Notes: generated by a model not told the origin, from the letters alone. Shown: positions 52,734 through 61,254, counted from the first letter of the stretch. The stretch: 64,000 nucleotides of DNA from Escherichia coli (GCF_009931435.1 NZ_CP043414.1), one strand, 5' to 3'. Numbers and translations: made by a program.

Positions 52734-53804
52734 ATGGCTAACGCCTGGCTCAGATTATGGCATGACATGCCAAATGACCCTAAGTGGCGAACAATTGCCA
52801 GGGTGTCAGGGCAGCCAATTGCAACAGTGATGGCAGTGTATATCCACCTCCTGGTGAGCGCGTCACGAAATGTCACGCGAGGTCACATTGATGTCACGAC
52901 AGAAGATTTGGCAAGTGCGCTCGACGTGACAGAAGAGGTAATTGATTCAATTTTGCAGACGATGCAGGGGCGGGTACTTGATGGTGATTTAATCACTGGA
53001 TGGGAAAAACGCCAGGTGCTTAAAGAGGACAACGGCAATATTTCGCAAACCGCAAAATCTCCTGCAGAGCGCAAGAGGGCGCAGCGAGAGAGGGAAAGAA
53101 AGCGGGAACAAAATGGCGATTGTCACGGCGCATCACGAAATGTCACGCACATGTCACGACGAGTCACGACAGATAAAGATACAGATAAAGATACAGATCA
53201 AGAAGATCAAAACACTATGGTCCATGGCGTAAAAAACGCTACGAACCAGGCAGGGGATGTTCAGACCGTCAATCCTGGTCAGCCAGCAGGCACGACACCG
53301 GAAGCCGATTCAGCGTATGCGCTGAAACCCGATTCGGGCGCTGTGCAGCAGGTGATGACCCAAAGGCCGGAACAATCACACCAACTGCAGCAGCCTGAAG
53401 CCGATTCCGCCATTCAGCGGGAAGCCGATCGGGTAGTCCCGGAAAACACCGGGCTGTCTGTGGGACGAGTGGATTATCCGGATGTGTTCGAACAGGTCTG
53501 GCGGGAGTACCCGTTGCGTGCCGGAGCAAACCCGAAGAAATCCGCTTTCAGTGCCTGGAAGGCCAGATTACGCGAGGGGGTGCCACCAGAGGCCATGCTG
53601 GATGGCGTGAGGCGTTACGCAAGATACTTGGCGGCTACCGGGAAAACGGGAACGGAATTTGTTCAGCGAGCGACGACGTTTTTTGGACCGGACCGGAATT
53701 TTGAGAACCCCTGGTTGCTCCCGGTAAGCGGCACGAACAACCAGCGTTGTGTGAATCATATTTCTGAACCGGATAACGAAATTCCGCCGGGCTTCAGGGG
53801 GTAA
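52734..53804 (+). CDS. replication-module protein (YdaU-like, putative initiator)
   Basis: ORF 52728..53804, ATG at 52734 after AGAGGTGAG; N-terminal WLRLWHDMPNDPKW; contains iteron clusters and an acidic DKDTDKDTD linker. Confidence 0.6.
   Translation: MANAWLRLWHDMPNDPKWRTIARVSGQPIATVMAVYIHLLVSASRNVTRGHIDVTTEDLASALDVTEEVIDSILQTMQGRVLDGDLITGWEKRQVLKEDNGNISQTAKSPAERKRAQRERERKREQNGDCHGASRNVTHMSRRVTTDKDTDKDTDQEDQNTMVHGVKNATNQAGDVQTVNPGQPAGTTPEADSAYALKPDSGAVQQVMTQRPEQSHQLQQPEADSAIQREADRVVPENTGLSVGRVDYPDVFEQVWREYPLRAGANPKKSAFSAWKARLREGVPPEAMLDGVRRYARYLAATGKTGTEFVQRATTFFGPDRNFENPWLLPVSGTNNQRCVNHISEPDNEIPPGFRG
52861..53169 (+). repeat. iteron-like repeats (putative prophage origin) inside the replication gene
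   Basis: GTCACG-type motifs at about 52862, 52872, 52882, 52893 (inverted at 52925) and 53122, 53132, 53142, 53153, 53163; TCACGAAATGTCACGC occurs twice. Confidence 0.55.
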
Positions 53805-53844
53805 GTGTTAATTTCTGGTCATGAGGTAATTTTCAGGAGGGCTT

Positions 53845-54270
53845 GTGGCAAAAGTTTTTACACAAGAAGAGCGGGAAAAAATTAAAGGGCAGGTTGTTGA
53901 ACTCGTACGCCAGAGTGGGCGCGAGACGTTACGACAACTGGAAACTAAAACTGGGGCAACAAGATATCTGATGAGCGTTCTGGCCAGAGAGCTGGTTGCC
54001 AGTGGCGATGTATACAACTCTGGTTACGGGTTATTCCCGTCTGAACAGGAGCGTAAGGACTGGCAAAATGCCCGTAAAAAGCTCTCAAGGGCAAAGCTGA
54101 AGAAACCATCTGCGGTTGATCCGGACCTTATCTGGTCATTACCTGACGGAGAAATACGTCGCTACGATAGTTGTCTAAACATAATCTGTCGCGAGTGCCG
54201 GAAGAGCGAAGTTATGCAGCGCATTATGGCATTTTATCAGGGAAATGTTAGGTATTTTAGACGTTACTAG
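53845..54270 (+). CDS. hypothetical basic protein (141 aa), replication-module associated
   Basis: GTG start 7 nt after CAGGAGG; GC similar to prophage backbone; no family recognised. Confidence 0.55.
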   Translation: MAKVFTQEEREKIKGQVVELVRQSGRETLRQLETKTGATRYLMSVLARELVASGDVYNSGYGLFPSEQERKDWQNARKKLSRAKLKKPSAVDPDLIWSLPDGEIRRYDSCLNIICRECRKSEVMQRIMAFYQGNVRYFRRY

Positions 54271-54497
54271 ATTAAAGGGCATTAGTTCAGATATGCATTG
54301 ACATTTTCATGGCACAAGGTAGAGCTAGCGTGGTTGTTCGCTTTGTGCCAAGAGTGGTCATTGATAATATTTTGGTGGGTTACATCTGTCAATGTTTCAG
54401 GTGATATGATATACAAATAGCCAGACTTAGACTGGCATGCTGTTTATTTTTATATTATGGGTGTGCCACATGGATTTAAAACTTATTGAGATATGAC

Positions 54498-55523
54498 ATG
54501 GATACTTTTCATAATATTTTGCTTGAGCACATAGACAGCCTTTTAAAAGAGAGACTTGATTTATCTGGTGACGCTGATATCGAAAAAGAAATTAATAACC
54601 TAATTCCCAAAATAGTCATTGTCGTTAAAAAATCTCTTATTGGCTCGGCCAATGCAATGCTTAGAGAACATCGTTCTCTTTGTGATGAATTTGTTGAGAG
54701 AAATATTTCAAGATGGGCAGAGGCTTTTGATTTGCTCGAAACACTTATAGTGATATGCACGGAGTCCGGTGAAGAGTTCAATCGTTCTTATAGACCACAA
54801 GCTGCCTCTGAAGAGGATGTGGTTTTTGATTTAGTCGTTCGGCATCACGCAAGAGCTTGCCACATCGCCAACGAAATTTTGTGTCTCTTAAAGAATGGAT
54901 TTGCAGATGCTGCCCAAGCGAGATGGCGAGCACTTCATGAGGTAGCAGCCACAGCTATGTTTATAGCAAAGCATGGAAAAGAGTGTGCTGAGCGCTTTTA
55001 CTACCATGAAGTGGTTGATTCATATACTGGAATGTTGGAACACAAAAAGTACGAGCACCGGTTAGAAGCAAAAGGTCCAACTATTGAAGAAATAGCTGAG
55101 TGCAAAGTTCAATTTGATCTATTAATAAAAAAATACGGCAAAAAATATGCAGATAATTATGGGTGGGCATCTTATATTTTCCCTAACCATAATAAAGTGG
55201 GGTTTGGAGCTATTGAGAAAGATGTTCAGTTAGAACACATGCGCCCTTATTATAAGTGGGCGAGTCAGAATGTACACACCGGTTCCAAGGCAATGAGAAA
55301 TAGGCTTGGTCTCTGTGAAACTGGTGATGATATATTATTGGTCGGGCAAAGTGATTCAGGAATGGCTGATCCAGCCCATGCTACTGCTATTAGTTTGATG
55401 CAGATTACTGTGACACTTTTATTCTTAAAACCAACCATTGATCATGCCGTCATTTCAAAAATAATACAGGATTATTCTGATGAGATTGGAAATGTATTTC
55501 TTAAAATTGATAAGGGTAATTAA
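54498..55523 (+). CDS. orphan AT-rich hypothetical protein (341 aa from ATG; 345 aa from TTG at 54486), function unknown
   Basis: Uninterrupted 1-kb ORF; visibly AT-rich versus flanks (about 38-40% GC by eye); no TM segments, no P-loop; no recognised homologue. Confidence 0.7.
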   Translation: MDTFHNILLEHIDSLLKERLDLSGDADIEKEINNLIPKIVIVVKKSLIGSANAMLREHRSLCDEFVERNISRWAEAFDLLETLIVICTESGEEFNRSYRPQAASEEDVVFDLVVRHHARACHIANEILCLLKNGFADAAQARWRALHEVAATAMFIAKHGKECAERFYYHEVVDSYTGMLEHKKYEHRLEAKGPTIEEIAECKVQFDLLIKKYGKKYADNYGWASYIFPNHNKVGFGAIEKDVQLEHMRPYYKWASQNVHTGSKAMRNRLGLCETGDDILLVGQSDSGMADPAHATAISLMQITVTLLFLKPTIDHAVISKIIQDYSDEIGNVFLKIDKGN

Positions 55524-55905
55524 AAATTGGAAAAGTGATAGTATATTCTTGTTTTTTTACTGGTAATTAAATGTTTTTAAAGTTACTAGTTCACACCTAT
55601 CGAACGTCCGGTCTTCGCCCAAAGCGGACTAGAAGGTTAGCTTGCGTCGGATTTGGCGTATTTAAAGAATCGCTGGTGGTTACTGGTTGTTGTGTTCCAT
55701 TTCTACAGAACAAAATCACAGAAACTATACCCAATAGTTGTATCTCATCAATGATGAGAGAGCCTCATATTTATCAGGACTGGTGTACGTCCAATACAGG
55801 AGGTTGTCGTGCTGGTTCTCAAATGTGCGCTGGCTATTGCAGCTGTAATGGCAATTTATTGTCTTGCTGTTGTTCTTATGGATCGCCTTTCTGATTGATT
55901 TTATA

Positions 55906-56109
55906 TTGGCCAGGTGACGGGAGTTAAGTAGAATGGCTGCGGGTGCTTGAGGCTATCTGTCTCAGGCATGAACACCAAAGGCAGATAGAGAAAAGCCCCA
56001 GTTAACATTACGCGTCCTGCAAGACGCTTAACATTAATCTGAGGCTCAATCTATGAACGGCAAATCTAGGTTAGCCTCTTACGTGCCGAAAGGCAAGGAG
56101 AAGCAGGCT
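55906..56109 (+). promoter_or_regulatory. hok promoter and 5' leader
   Basis: TTGGCC-17 bp-TAGAAT; leader GCGGGTGCTTGAGG (55939-55952) complementary to 3' CCTCAATGCACCCGC (56315-56329), consistent with hok fold-back pairing. Confidence 0.5.
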
Positions 56110-56265
56110 ATGAAGCAGCAAAAGGCGATGTTAATCGCCCTGATCGTCATCTGTTTAACCGTCATAGTGACGGCACTGGTAACGAGGAAAGACCTCTGCG
56201 AGGTACGAATCCGAACCGGCCAGACGGAGGTCGCTGTCTTCACAGTCTACGAACCTGAGGAGTAA
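56110..56265 (+). CDS. hokD: Hok/Gef-family type I toxin
   Basis: 51-aa MKQQKAMLIALIVICLTVIVTALVTRKDLCEVRIRTGQTEVAVFTVYEPEE, near-identical to K-12 HokD/RelF as recalled. Confidence 0.9.
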   Translation: MKQQKAMLIALIVICLTVIVTALVTRKDLCEVRIRTGQTEVAVFTVYEPEE

Positions 56266-56333
56266 GAGACTTGGCGAGGGAGAAATCCCTCGCCACCTCT
56301 GATGTGTCAGGCATCCTCAATGCACCCGCACTT

Positions 56334-56358
56334 AACCCGCTTCGGCGGGTTTATTTTA
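56334..56358 (+). terminator. intrinsic terminator of hok mRNA
   Basis: AACCCGC-TTCG-GCGGGTT hairpin followed by TATTTTAT. Confidence 0.7.
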
Positions 56359-56723
56359 TCTGTAAATATTTTTATAAAAATAATGCCCACACACAGCATA
56401 AAACAAAAAGTATCACAGATAAAAAAGGAGCGTAATGTGCAGATTTGTTGTTTTCCATATTTACTCACTTTAACATAATCAATATTGATATGGTTGTTGT
56501 TTCGGTGGTTTCAAACGAGATGTTATGGTGATCTGGTAAAATTGCATAACATTAAAATTTAATTTATCTAATCGCTTTTAATAATAAGCGTTGTGTTTAT
56601 CCCAATAATCTGTTGTTTGACTTTTATTCCATTAATGTAGGGGCTTTACACTGGAACCAGTTTATTTATACTTTATACGCCAGCCTGAACAACTGGCACC
56701 TGCTGCGCCAGCAGAGACAACCG

Positions 56724-57002
56724 ATGGCGCACGATACCAAATTACACAATTCTGATGATTCTGCCGTCTTTGCCAGCAGGTGCGGACGGCGTTTTCATGC
56801 ATTCAAATCGGACTGGTTCCAGCATCCACCATGCACTGAAGAGCAGGCTGAATGGATAATTCAGTGTTACCGCAGGCGCGGATACGAGGTTAAAAAAGCC
56901 CTTAGCCTCGACTACCGTCACTGGATAATCTCAGTCAGATTGCCTTACTCCGAACGCCCACCGCGTCCGTCCCACACATTCCAGCAACGCATCTGGAGGT
57001 AA
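56724..57002 (+). CDS. rem: Rem-like prophage protein (start uncertain; ORF opens at 56613)
   Basis: ORF upstream of ydfU in the K-12 Qin rem position; start chosen at first ATG. Confidence 0.45.
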   Translation: MAHDTKLHNSDDSAVFASRCGRRFHAFKSDWFQHPPCTEEQAEWIIQCYRRRGYEVKKALSLDYRHWIISVRLPYSERPPRPSHTFQQRIWR

Positions 57003-57003
57003 C

Positions 57004-58053
57004 GTGCGGGTATTACTTCGACCTGTTCTGGTACCGGAACTCGGGCTGGTGATCGTTAAGCCGGGCCGTGAATCCATGCCGGTATTCCACAATACCCGGT
57101 TACTGGTGGAGCCGGAACCGAAAAGCATGCGTAATCTGCCGTCCGGGGTCGTTCCTGCCGTTGGCCAGCCGCTGGCGGAAGACAAAACATTGCTGCCGTT
57201 TTTTAGTAACGAACGGGTGATTCGTGCTGCTGGCGGCGTTGGCTCATTGTCTGACTGGCTATTACGTCATGTTACATCCTGCCAGTGGCCTAATGGCGAT
57301 TACCATCACACTGAAACAGTCATTCACCGTTATGGTACCGGCGCAATGGTGTTGTGTTGGCACTGCGACAACCAACTGCGTGACCAGACATCGGAATCAC
57401 TGGAGCTGCTTGCTCAACAAAATCTGACAGCATGGGTGATTGACGTCATCCGTCACGCAATAAGCGGTACGCAGGAGCGGGAATTATCTTTGGCTGAATT
57501 ATCCTGGTGGGCGGTCTGCAATCAGGTGGTGGATGCACTACCTGAGGCTGTATCGCGTCGTTCGCTGGGATTACCAGCGGAAAAAATCTGCTCGGTGTAC
57601 CGCGAAAGCGACATCGTACCGGGAGAGCAGACCGCCACCAGCATATTGAAACAACGCACAAAAAATCTTGCACCGTTGCCTTACGCCCACCAGCAACAAA
57701 AACTACCACAGGAAAAGACGGTGGTAAGCATCACCGTTGATCCAGAGTCTCCGGAATCTTTCATGAAGCTGCCTAAACGTCGCCGCTGGGTTAAGGAGAA
57801 ATACACACGTTGGGTTAAGACACAGCCGTGTGCTTGCTGCGGTATGCCAGCCGACGATCCGCATCATCTGATTGGTCACGGGCAGGGCGGAATGGGAACA
57901 AAAGCACATGATCTCTTTGTGTTGCCTTTGTGCAGAAAGCATCACAACGAGCTGCATACGGATACAGTGGCATTTGAAGAGAAGTATGGCTCCCAACTGG
58001 AGCTGATATTTCGTTTTATCGATCGCGCGCTGGCAATTGGCGTACTGGCGTAA
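57004..58053 (+). CDS. ydfU: YdfU-like protein (DUF968) with C-terminal HNH-like Cys/His motif
   Basis: 349-aa ORF, GTG start; CACCG...DDPHHLIGHG...CRKHHNELH. Confidence 0.8.
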   Translation: MRVLLRPVLVPELGLVIVKPGRESMPVFHNTRLLVEPEPKSMRNLPSGVVPAVGQPLAEDKTLLPFFSNERVIRAAGGVGSLSDWLLRHVTSCQWPNGDYHHTETVIHRYGTGAMVLCWHCDNQLRDQTSESLELLAQQNLTAWVIDVIRHAISGTQERELSLAELSWWAVCNQVVDALPEAVSRRSLGLPAEKICSVYRESDIVPGEQTATSILKQRTKNLAPLPYAHQQQKLPQEKTVVSITVDPESPESFMKLPKRRRWVKEKYTRWVKTQPCACCGMPADDPHHLIGHGQGGMGTKAHDLFVLPLCRKHHNELHTDTVAFEEKYGSQLELIFRFIDRALAIGVLA

Positions 58054-58066
58054 GTGGAGAACGAGC

Positions 58067-58819
58067 ATGAACCTTGAAGCCTTACCAAAATATTACTCCC
58101 CAAAATCTCCAAAATTGAGCGATGACGCTCCAGCGACAGGCACCGGTTGTTTAACAATTACGGATGTAATGGCAGCGCAGGGGATGGTGCAGTCGAAAGC
58201 ACCACTTGGGTTGGCCTTATTTCTGGCAAAAGTTGGTGTTCAGGACCCTCAGTTTGCGATTGAAGGCCTGCTAAATTACGCGATGGCACTGGATAACCCG
58301 ACATTGAACAAATTGAGTGAAGAAATCCGGTTACAGATTATTCCTTACCTCGTGAGTTTTGCCTTTGCTGATTACTCCAGGTCTGCGGCAAGTAAGGCTC
58401 GCTGTGAGCATTGTTCAGGTACGGGATTTTATAATGTATTGCGCGAAGTGGTGAAACACTACAGACGCGGGGAATCTGTAATCAAGGAAGAATGGGTGAA
58501 GGAACTATGTCAGCATTGCCATGGTAAGGGCGAAGCCAGCACAGCGTGCAGAGGGTGTAAGGGTAAAGGGATTGTTCTGGATGAAAAAAGAACCCGGTTT
58601 CATGGCGTACCGGTATATAAGATTTGTGGGCGTTGTAATGGAAACCGGTTTAGTCGTTTACCGACCACGCTGGCACGACGTCATGTCCAGAAGCTGGTAC
58701 CAGACCTGACCGATTATCAGTGGTATAAGGGGTATGCGGACGTCATTGGTAAACTGGTAACAAAGTGCTGGCAGGAAGAAGCATACGCGGAAGCGCAATT
58801 GAGGAAGGTGACGAGATAA
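58067..58819 (+). CDS. quuQ: late-gene antiterminator Q-like protein
   Basis: ORF 58037..58819; start at MNLEALPKYY (250 aa); four CxxC zinc-finger repeats. Confidence 0.85.
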   Translation: MNLEALPKYYSPKSPKLSDDAPATGTGCLTITDVMAAQGMVQSKAPLGLALFLAKVGVQDPQFAIEGLLNYAMALDNPTLNKLSEEIRLQIIPYLVSFAFADYSRSAASKARCEHCSGTGFYNVLREVVKHYRRGESVIKEEWVKELCQHCHGKGEASTACRGCKGKGIVLDEKRTRFHGVPVYKICGRCNGNRFSRLPTTLARRHVQKLVPDLTDYQWYKGYADVIGKLVTKCWQEEAYAEAQLRKVTR

Positions 58820-58850
58820 ATGATTTTTGCTGAAGATGGCGACATGATGT

Positions 58851-58879
58851 TTGCATTTTTCAAAAAATATGGATAAAAT
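58851..58879 (+). promoter_or_regulatory. candidate late promoter (pR'-like)
   Basis: TTGCAT-17 bp-TAAAAT, about 30 bp after Q stop and 50 bp before a strong terminator. Confidence 0.35.
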
Positions 58880-58926
58880 TTTTTCAACGATGGGCTTTGT
58901 ATACCCGACGTTAAGAAAAAGTAGAA

Positions 58927-58955
58927 AACCCGCTGATGAGCGGGTTTTGTGCTTT
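58927..58955 (+). terminator. intrinsic terminator after Q (tR'-like)
   Basis: AACCCGCT-GATG-AGCGGGTT stem followed by TTGTGCTTT. Confidence 0.7.
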
Positions 58956-59240
58956 AAATGGGGCAATGGTAATGTTGAATCTCATCCCGGGACTCATGTC
59001 TGTTAACTTATTATTTAGCTGGTGACTTGGTTATTTGCCTGATGTTTAAAATGTTTTCTTCCAGTACAATGCCCCTAAACACAATGAGTCTGCTTATTAT
59101 ATTATTAGCAGAGCTATTACGGCCAAAGTACAGCATAAGCTTTTAAAGCCAATCAACCAGTCATCAAGACAGACGGGGTTATTCATAAAAACTCTCCATG
59201 TGTGATCCGATGGGGCCTGAAATTAAAGCTTTAATATAGC

Positions 59241-59453
59241 TCATGAAAGGTAAACATTGGCAGCTGAAGGGCCACGCAGACCATTTATCCGGCAAAATTC
59301 CACGCGTAATCCGGTGGTAATTTCTTCTGCATCGCGGAGATTGAGCGCTGAAACATGAAGCTGGACATCGATACGACCATCGGATGGGGTGATAAGACCC
59401 TTGCCGCTTTTGCCGTCAAAGGTTTTGACAATTCCTGTCATTTTACGGGACAA
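59241..59453 (-). CDS. cspF: cold-shock-domain protein CspF-like
   Basis: 70-aa CSD ORF divergent from cspB. Confidence 0.85.
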
Positions 59454-59753
59454 AAAAATTCCTTAATACTGATAACTTGGCGCACTATACACACGTTCCT
59501 GAAGAAAGCTATAGTTTTTTGATGGGGTTGAAGATGGCTGGATGTCTAAAATAAACATTGCTTCATATGTTCAACTATGCGTTAATGATTGCGTCGGTTT
59601 GAAGAACAGACGATATACGAAGTAGTTTACTAAAGCAGTTCTCATTTCAGGTGTTATTCACTTATTCCTTCTTTGAGTCTCTCCAATTAAGTACGAAGTC
59701 GTTTCTGTTATGCAAACCATTTATGCCGAAAGGCTCAAGTTAAGGAATGTAGA

Positions 59754-59969
59754 ATGTCAAATAAAATGACTGGTTTAGTAAAATGGTTTAACGCTGATAA
59801 AGGTTTCGGCTTTATTTCTCCTGTTGATGGTAGTAAAGATGTGTTTGTGCATTTTTCTGCGATTCAGAATGATAATTATCGAACCTTATTTGAAGGTCAA
59901 AAGGTTACCTTCTCTATAGAGAGTGGTGCTAAAGGTCCTGCAGCAGCAAATGTCATCATTACTGATTAA
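59754..59969 (+). CDS. cspB: cold-shock protein CspB
   Basis: 71-aa ORF with RNP1-like KGFGFI motif; about 300-nt upstream leader typical of cold-shock genes. Confidence 0.9.
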   Translation: MSNKMTGLVKWFNADKGFGFISPVDGSKDVFVHFSAIQNDNYRTLFEGQKVTFSIESGAKGPAAANVIITD

Positions 59970-60250
59970 AATTCATCGCTCGTCTGTATACGATAACGAA
60001 GAAGGCTGATGCCTGAGTAGAGATACGGACAGAGTAGTGAATATTGGATTTCTTTAATAAAAATTAAGGAGGTCCAATACATGAAACAATGGCCAGCATA
60101 TTTGGCAAAATCTTAATCAGGAAAAGTATGCTAACCATTGTGGTGAAGTGCAGGTTTGCTGCATGAATAGTTTTACAGCAGAAGCTAACTGCTGGCATGG
60201 CAAAACAAAGTGCGTAAGTGGATGACTCCCACAAAAAGCACCACAATCTC

Positions 60251-60275
60251 AAACCCGCTCAGGCGGGTTTTTTAT
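60251..60275 (+). terminator. intrinsic terminator
   Basis: AAACCCGC-TCAG-GCGGGTTT hairpin followed by T4. Confidence 0.7.
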
Positions 60276-60332
60276 TATCTGCTTTAAATATATTATTAAA
60301 ATATAAAAAATACTTGTTACTAATAAAATCAA

Positions 60333-60503
60333 TCAGGCTACAGCTTTAAGATTTGTCTGGAATACTTTGTTGCAATGAGGGCAGATCAAAAGGGCACCTT
60401 TTTGTACTCTTGAAAAACTGTGTTCTGACTCTTGGGTGCAGTTTGGGCAGGAACATTTAACGAGATAATTACGGCGTGATTTTGAGTCTTTACGTTCTGA
60501 CAT
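60333..60503 (-). CDS. ydfK: YdfK/YnaE-like zinc-ribbon protein
   Basis: ORF 60333..60554; start at MSERKDSKSRRNY (56 aa) with AGGAAA RBS; CSCPNC...CPHC. Confidence 0.6.
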   Translation of the reverse strand: MSERKDSKSRRNYLVKCSCPNCTQESEHSFSRVQKGALLICPHCNKVFQTNLKAVA

Positions 60504-60722
60504 AGGCTTTTCCTGTATAAATGGCCGTATACAGTACACTAAATATGAAAACATTTCTCGTATTATTATTTTATATATGACTTTCTTTCAAAATAATTAC
60601 TCACATTTTTAATGTGTATGTTTCTTTAGCGCCGTTGAGAACAGCGTGTGCTGTCAAAACTACCCCGTAGACTCCGATCTTTTCAAACATATTGCACCAT
60701 CCGTGTACATCGGGGTGAGGAT

Positions 60723-60938
60723 ATGAAATCAATGGATAAGTTAACAACAGGTGTTGCCTATGGCACATCGGCGGGTAATGCTGGTTTCTGGGCATTGCAG
60801 TTACTCGATAAAGTAACTCCGTCACAGTGGGCTGCAATCGGTGTGCTGGGTAGCCTGGTTTTTGGCCTGCTGACGTATCTGACAAATCTTTATTTCAAGA
60901 TTAAAGAAGACAGGCGTAAGGCTGCGAGAGGAGAGTAA
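60723..60938 (+). CDS. essQ: phage 21 S-type pinholin (dual-start)
   Basis: ORF 60648..60938; start at MKSMDKL (Met1/Met4) after GGGGTGAGG RBS; 71 aa resembling S21 as recalled. Confidence 0.85.
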   Translation: MKSMDKLTTGVAYGTSAGNAGFWALQLLDKVTPSQWAAIGVLGSLVFGLLTYLTNLYFKIKEDRRKAARGE

Positions 60939-60942
60939 TCCA

Positions 60943-61250
60943 ATGACTCAAGACTATGAACTGGTCGTGAAAGGAGTCCGTAATTTTGAGAATAAAGTTA
61001 CGGTAACTGTAGCCTTACAGGACAAAGAACGCTTTGACGGTGAAATTTTTGACCTGGATGTCGCCATGGACCGTGTTGAAGGAGCTGCGCTGGAGTTTTA
61101 TGAGGCAGCAGCCAGAAGGAGCGTCCGGCAAGTCTTCCTGGAAGTAGCAGAAAAATTGTCAGAAAAAGTTGAGTCTTATCTGCAGCATCAGTACTCCTTT
61201 AAGATTGAAAATCCTGCCAATAAGCACGAGCGTCCTCATCATAAATATAT

Positions 61251-61254
<4 letters not shown>
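60943..61254 (+). CDS. ydfR: YdfR-like protein (DUF1327)
   Basis: 103-aa ORF between holin and endolysin. Confidence 0.7.

Noticed and set aside
52861-53169. GTCACG repeat clusters as a CRISPR array
   Set aside because: Repeat unit only 6-7 bp at 10-11 bp periodicity inside a coding sequence, with no spacers or cas genes; iterons fit better.
55571-55894. Cys-rich 107-codon ORF as a real gene
   Set aside because: No SD and atypical composition; kept only as an open question.
56053-56109. In-frame upstream start that would give a 70-aa extended Hok
   Set aside because: Hok family toxins are about 50 aa starting MKQQK/MKLPR; the extension probably reflects leader or mok-like sequence.
54271-56109. 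relB-relE module upstream of hok as in K-12 relBEF
   Set aside because: No ORF resembling RelB or RelE in any frame; the position is taken by the AT-rich orphan gene.
60064-60252. 62-aa minus-strand TTG-start ORF downstream of cspB
   Set aside because: Overlaps a plus-strand mini-ORF and terminator; Cys/Phe-rich, no RBS; likely spurious.
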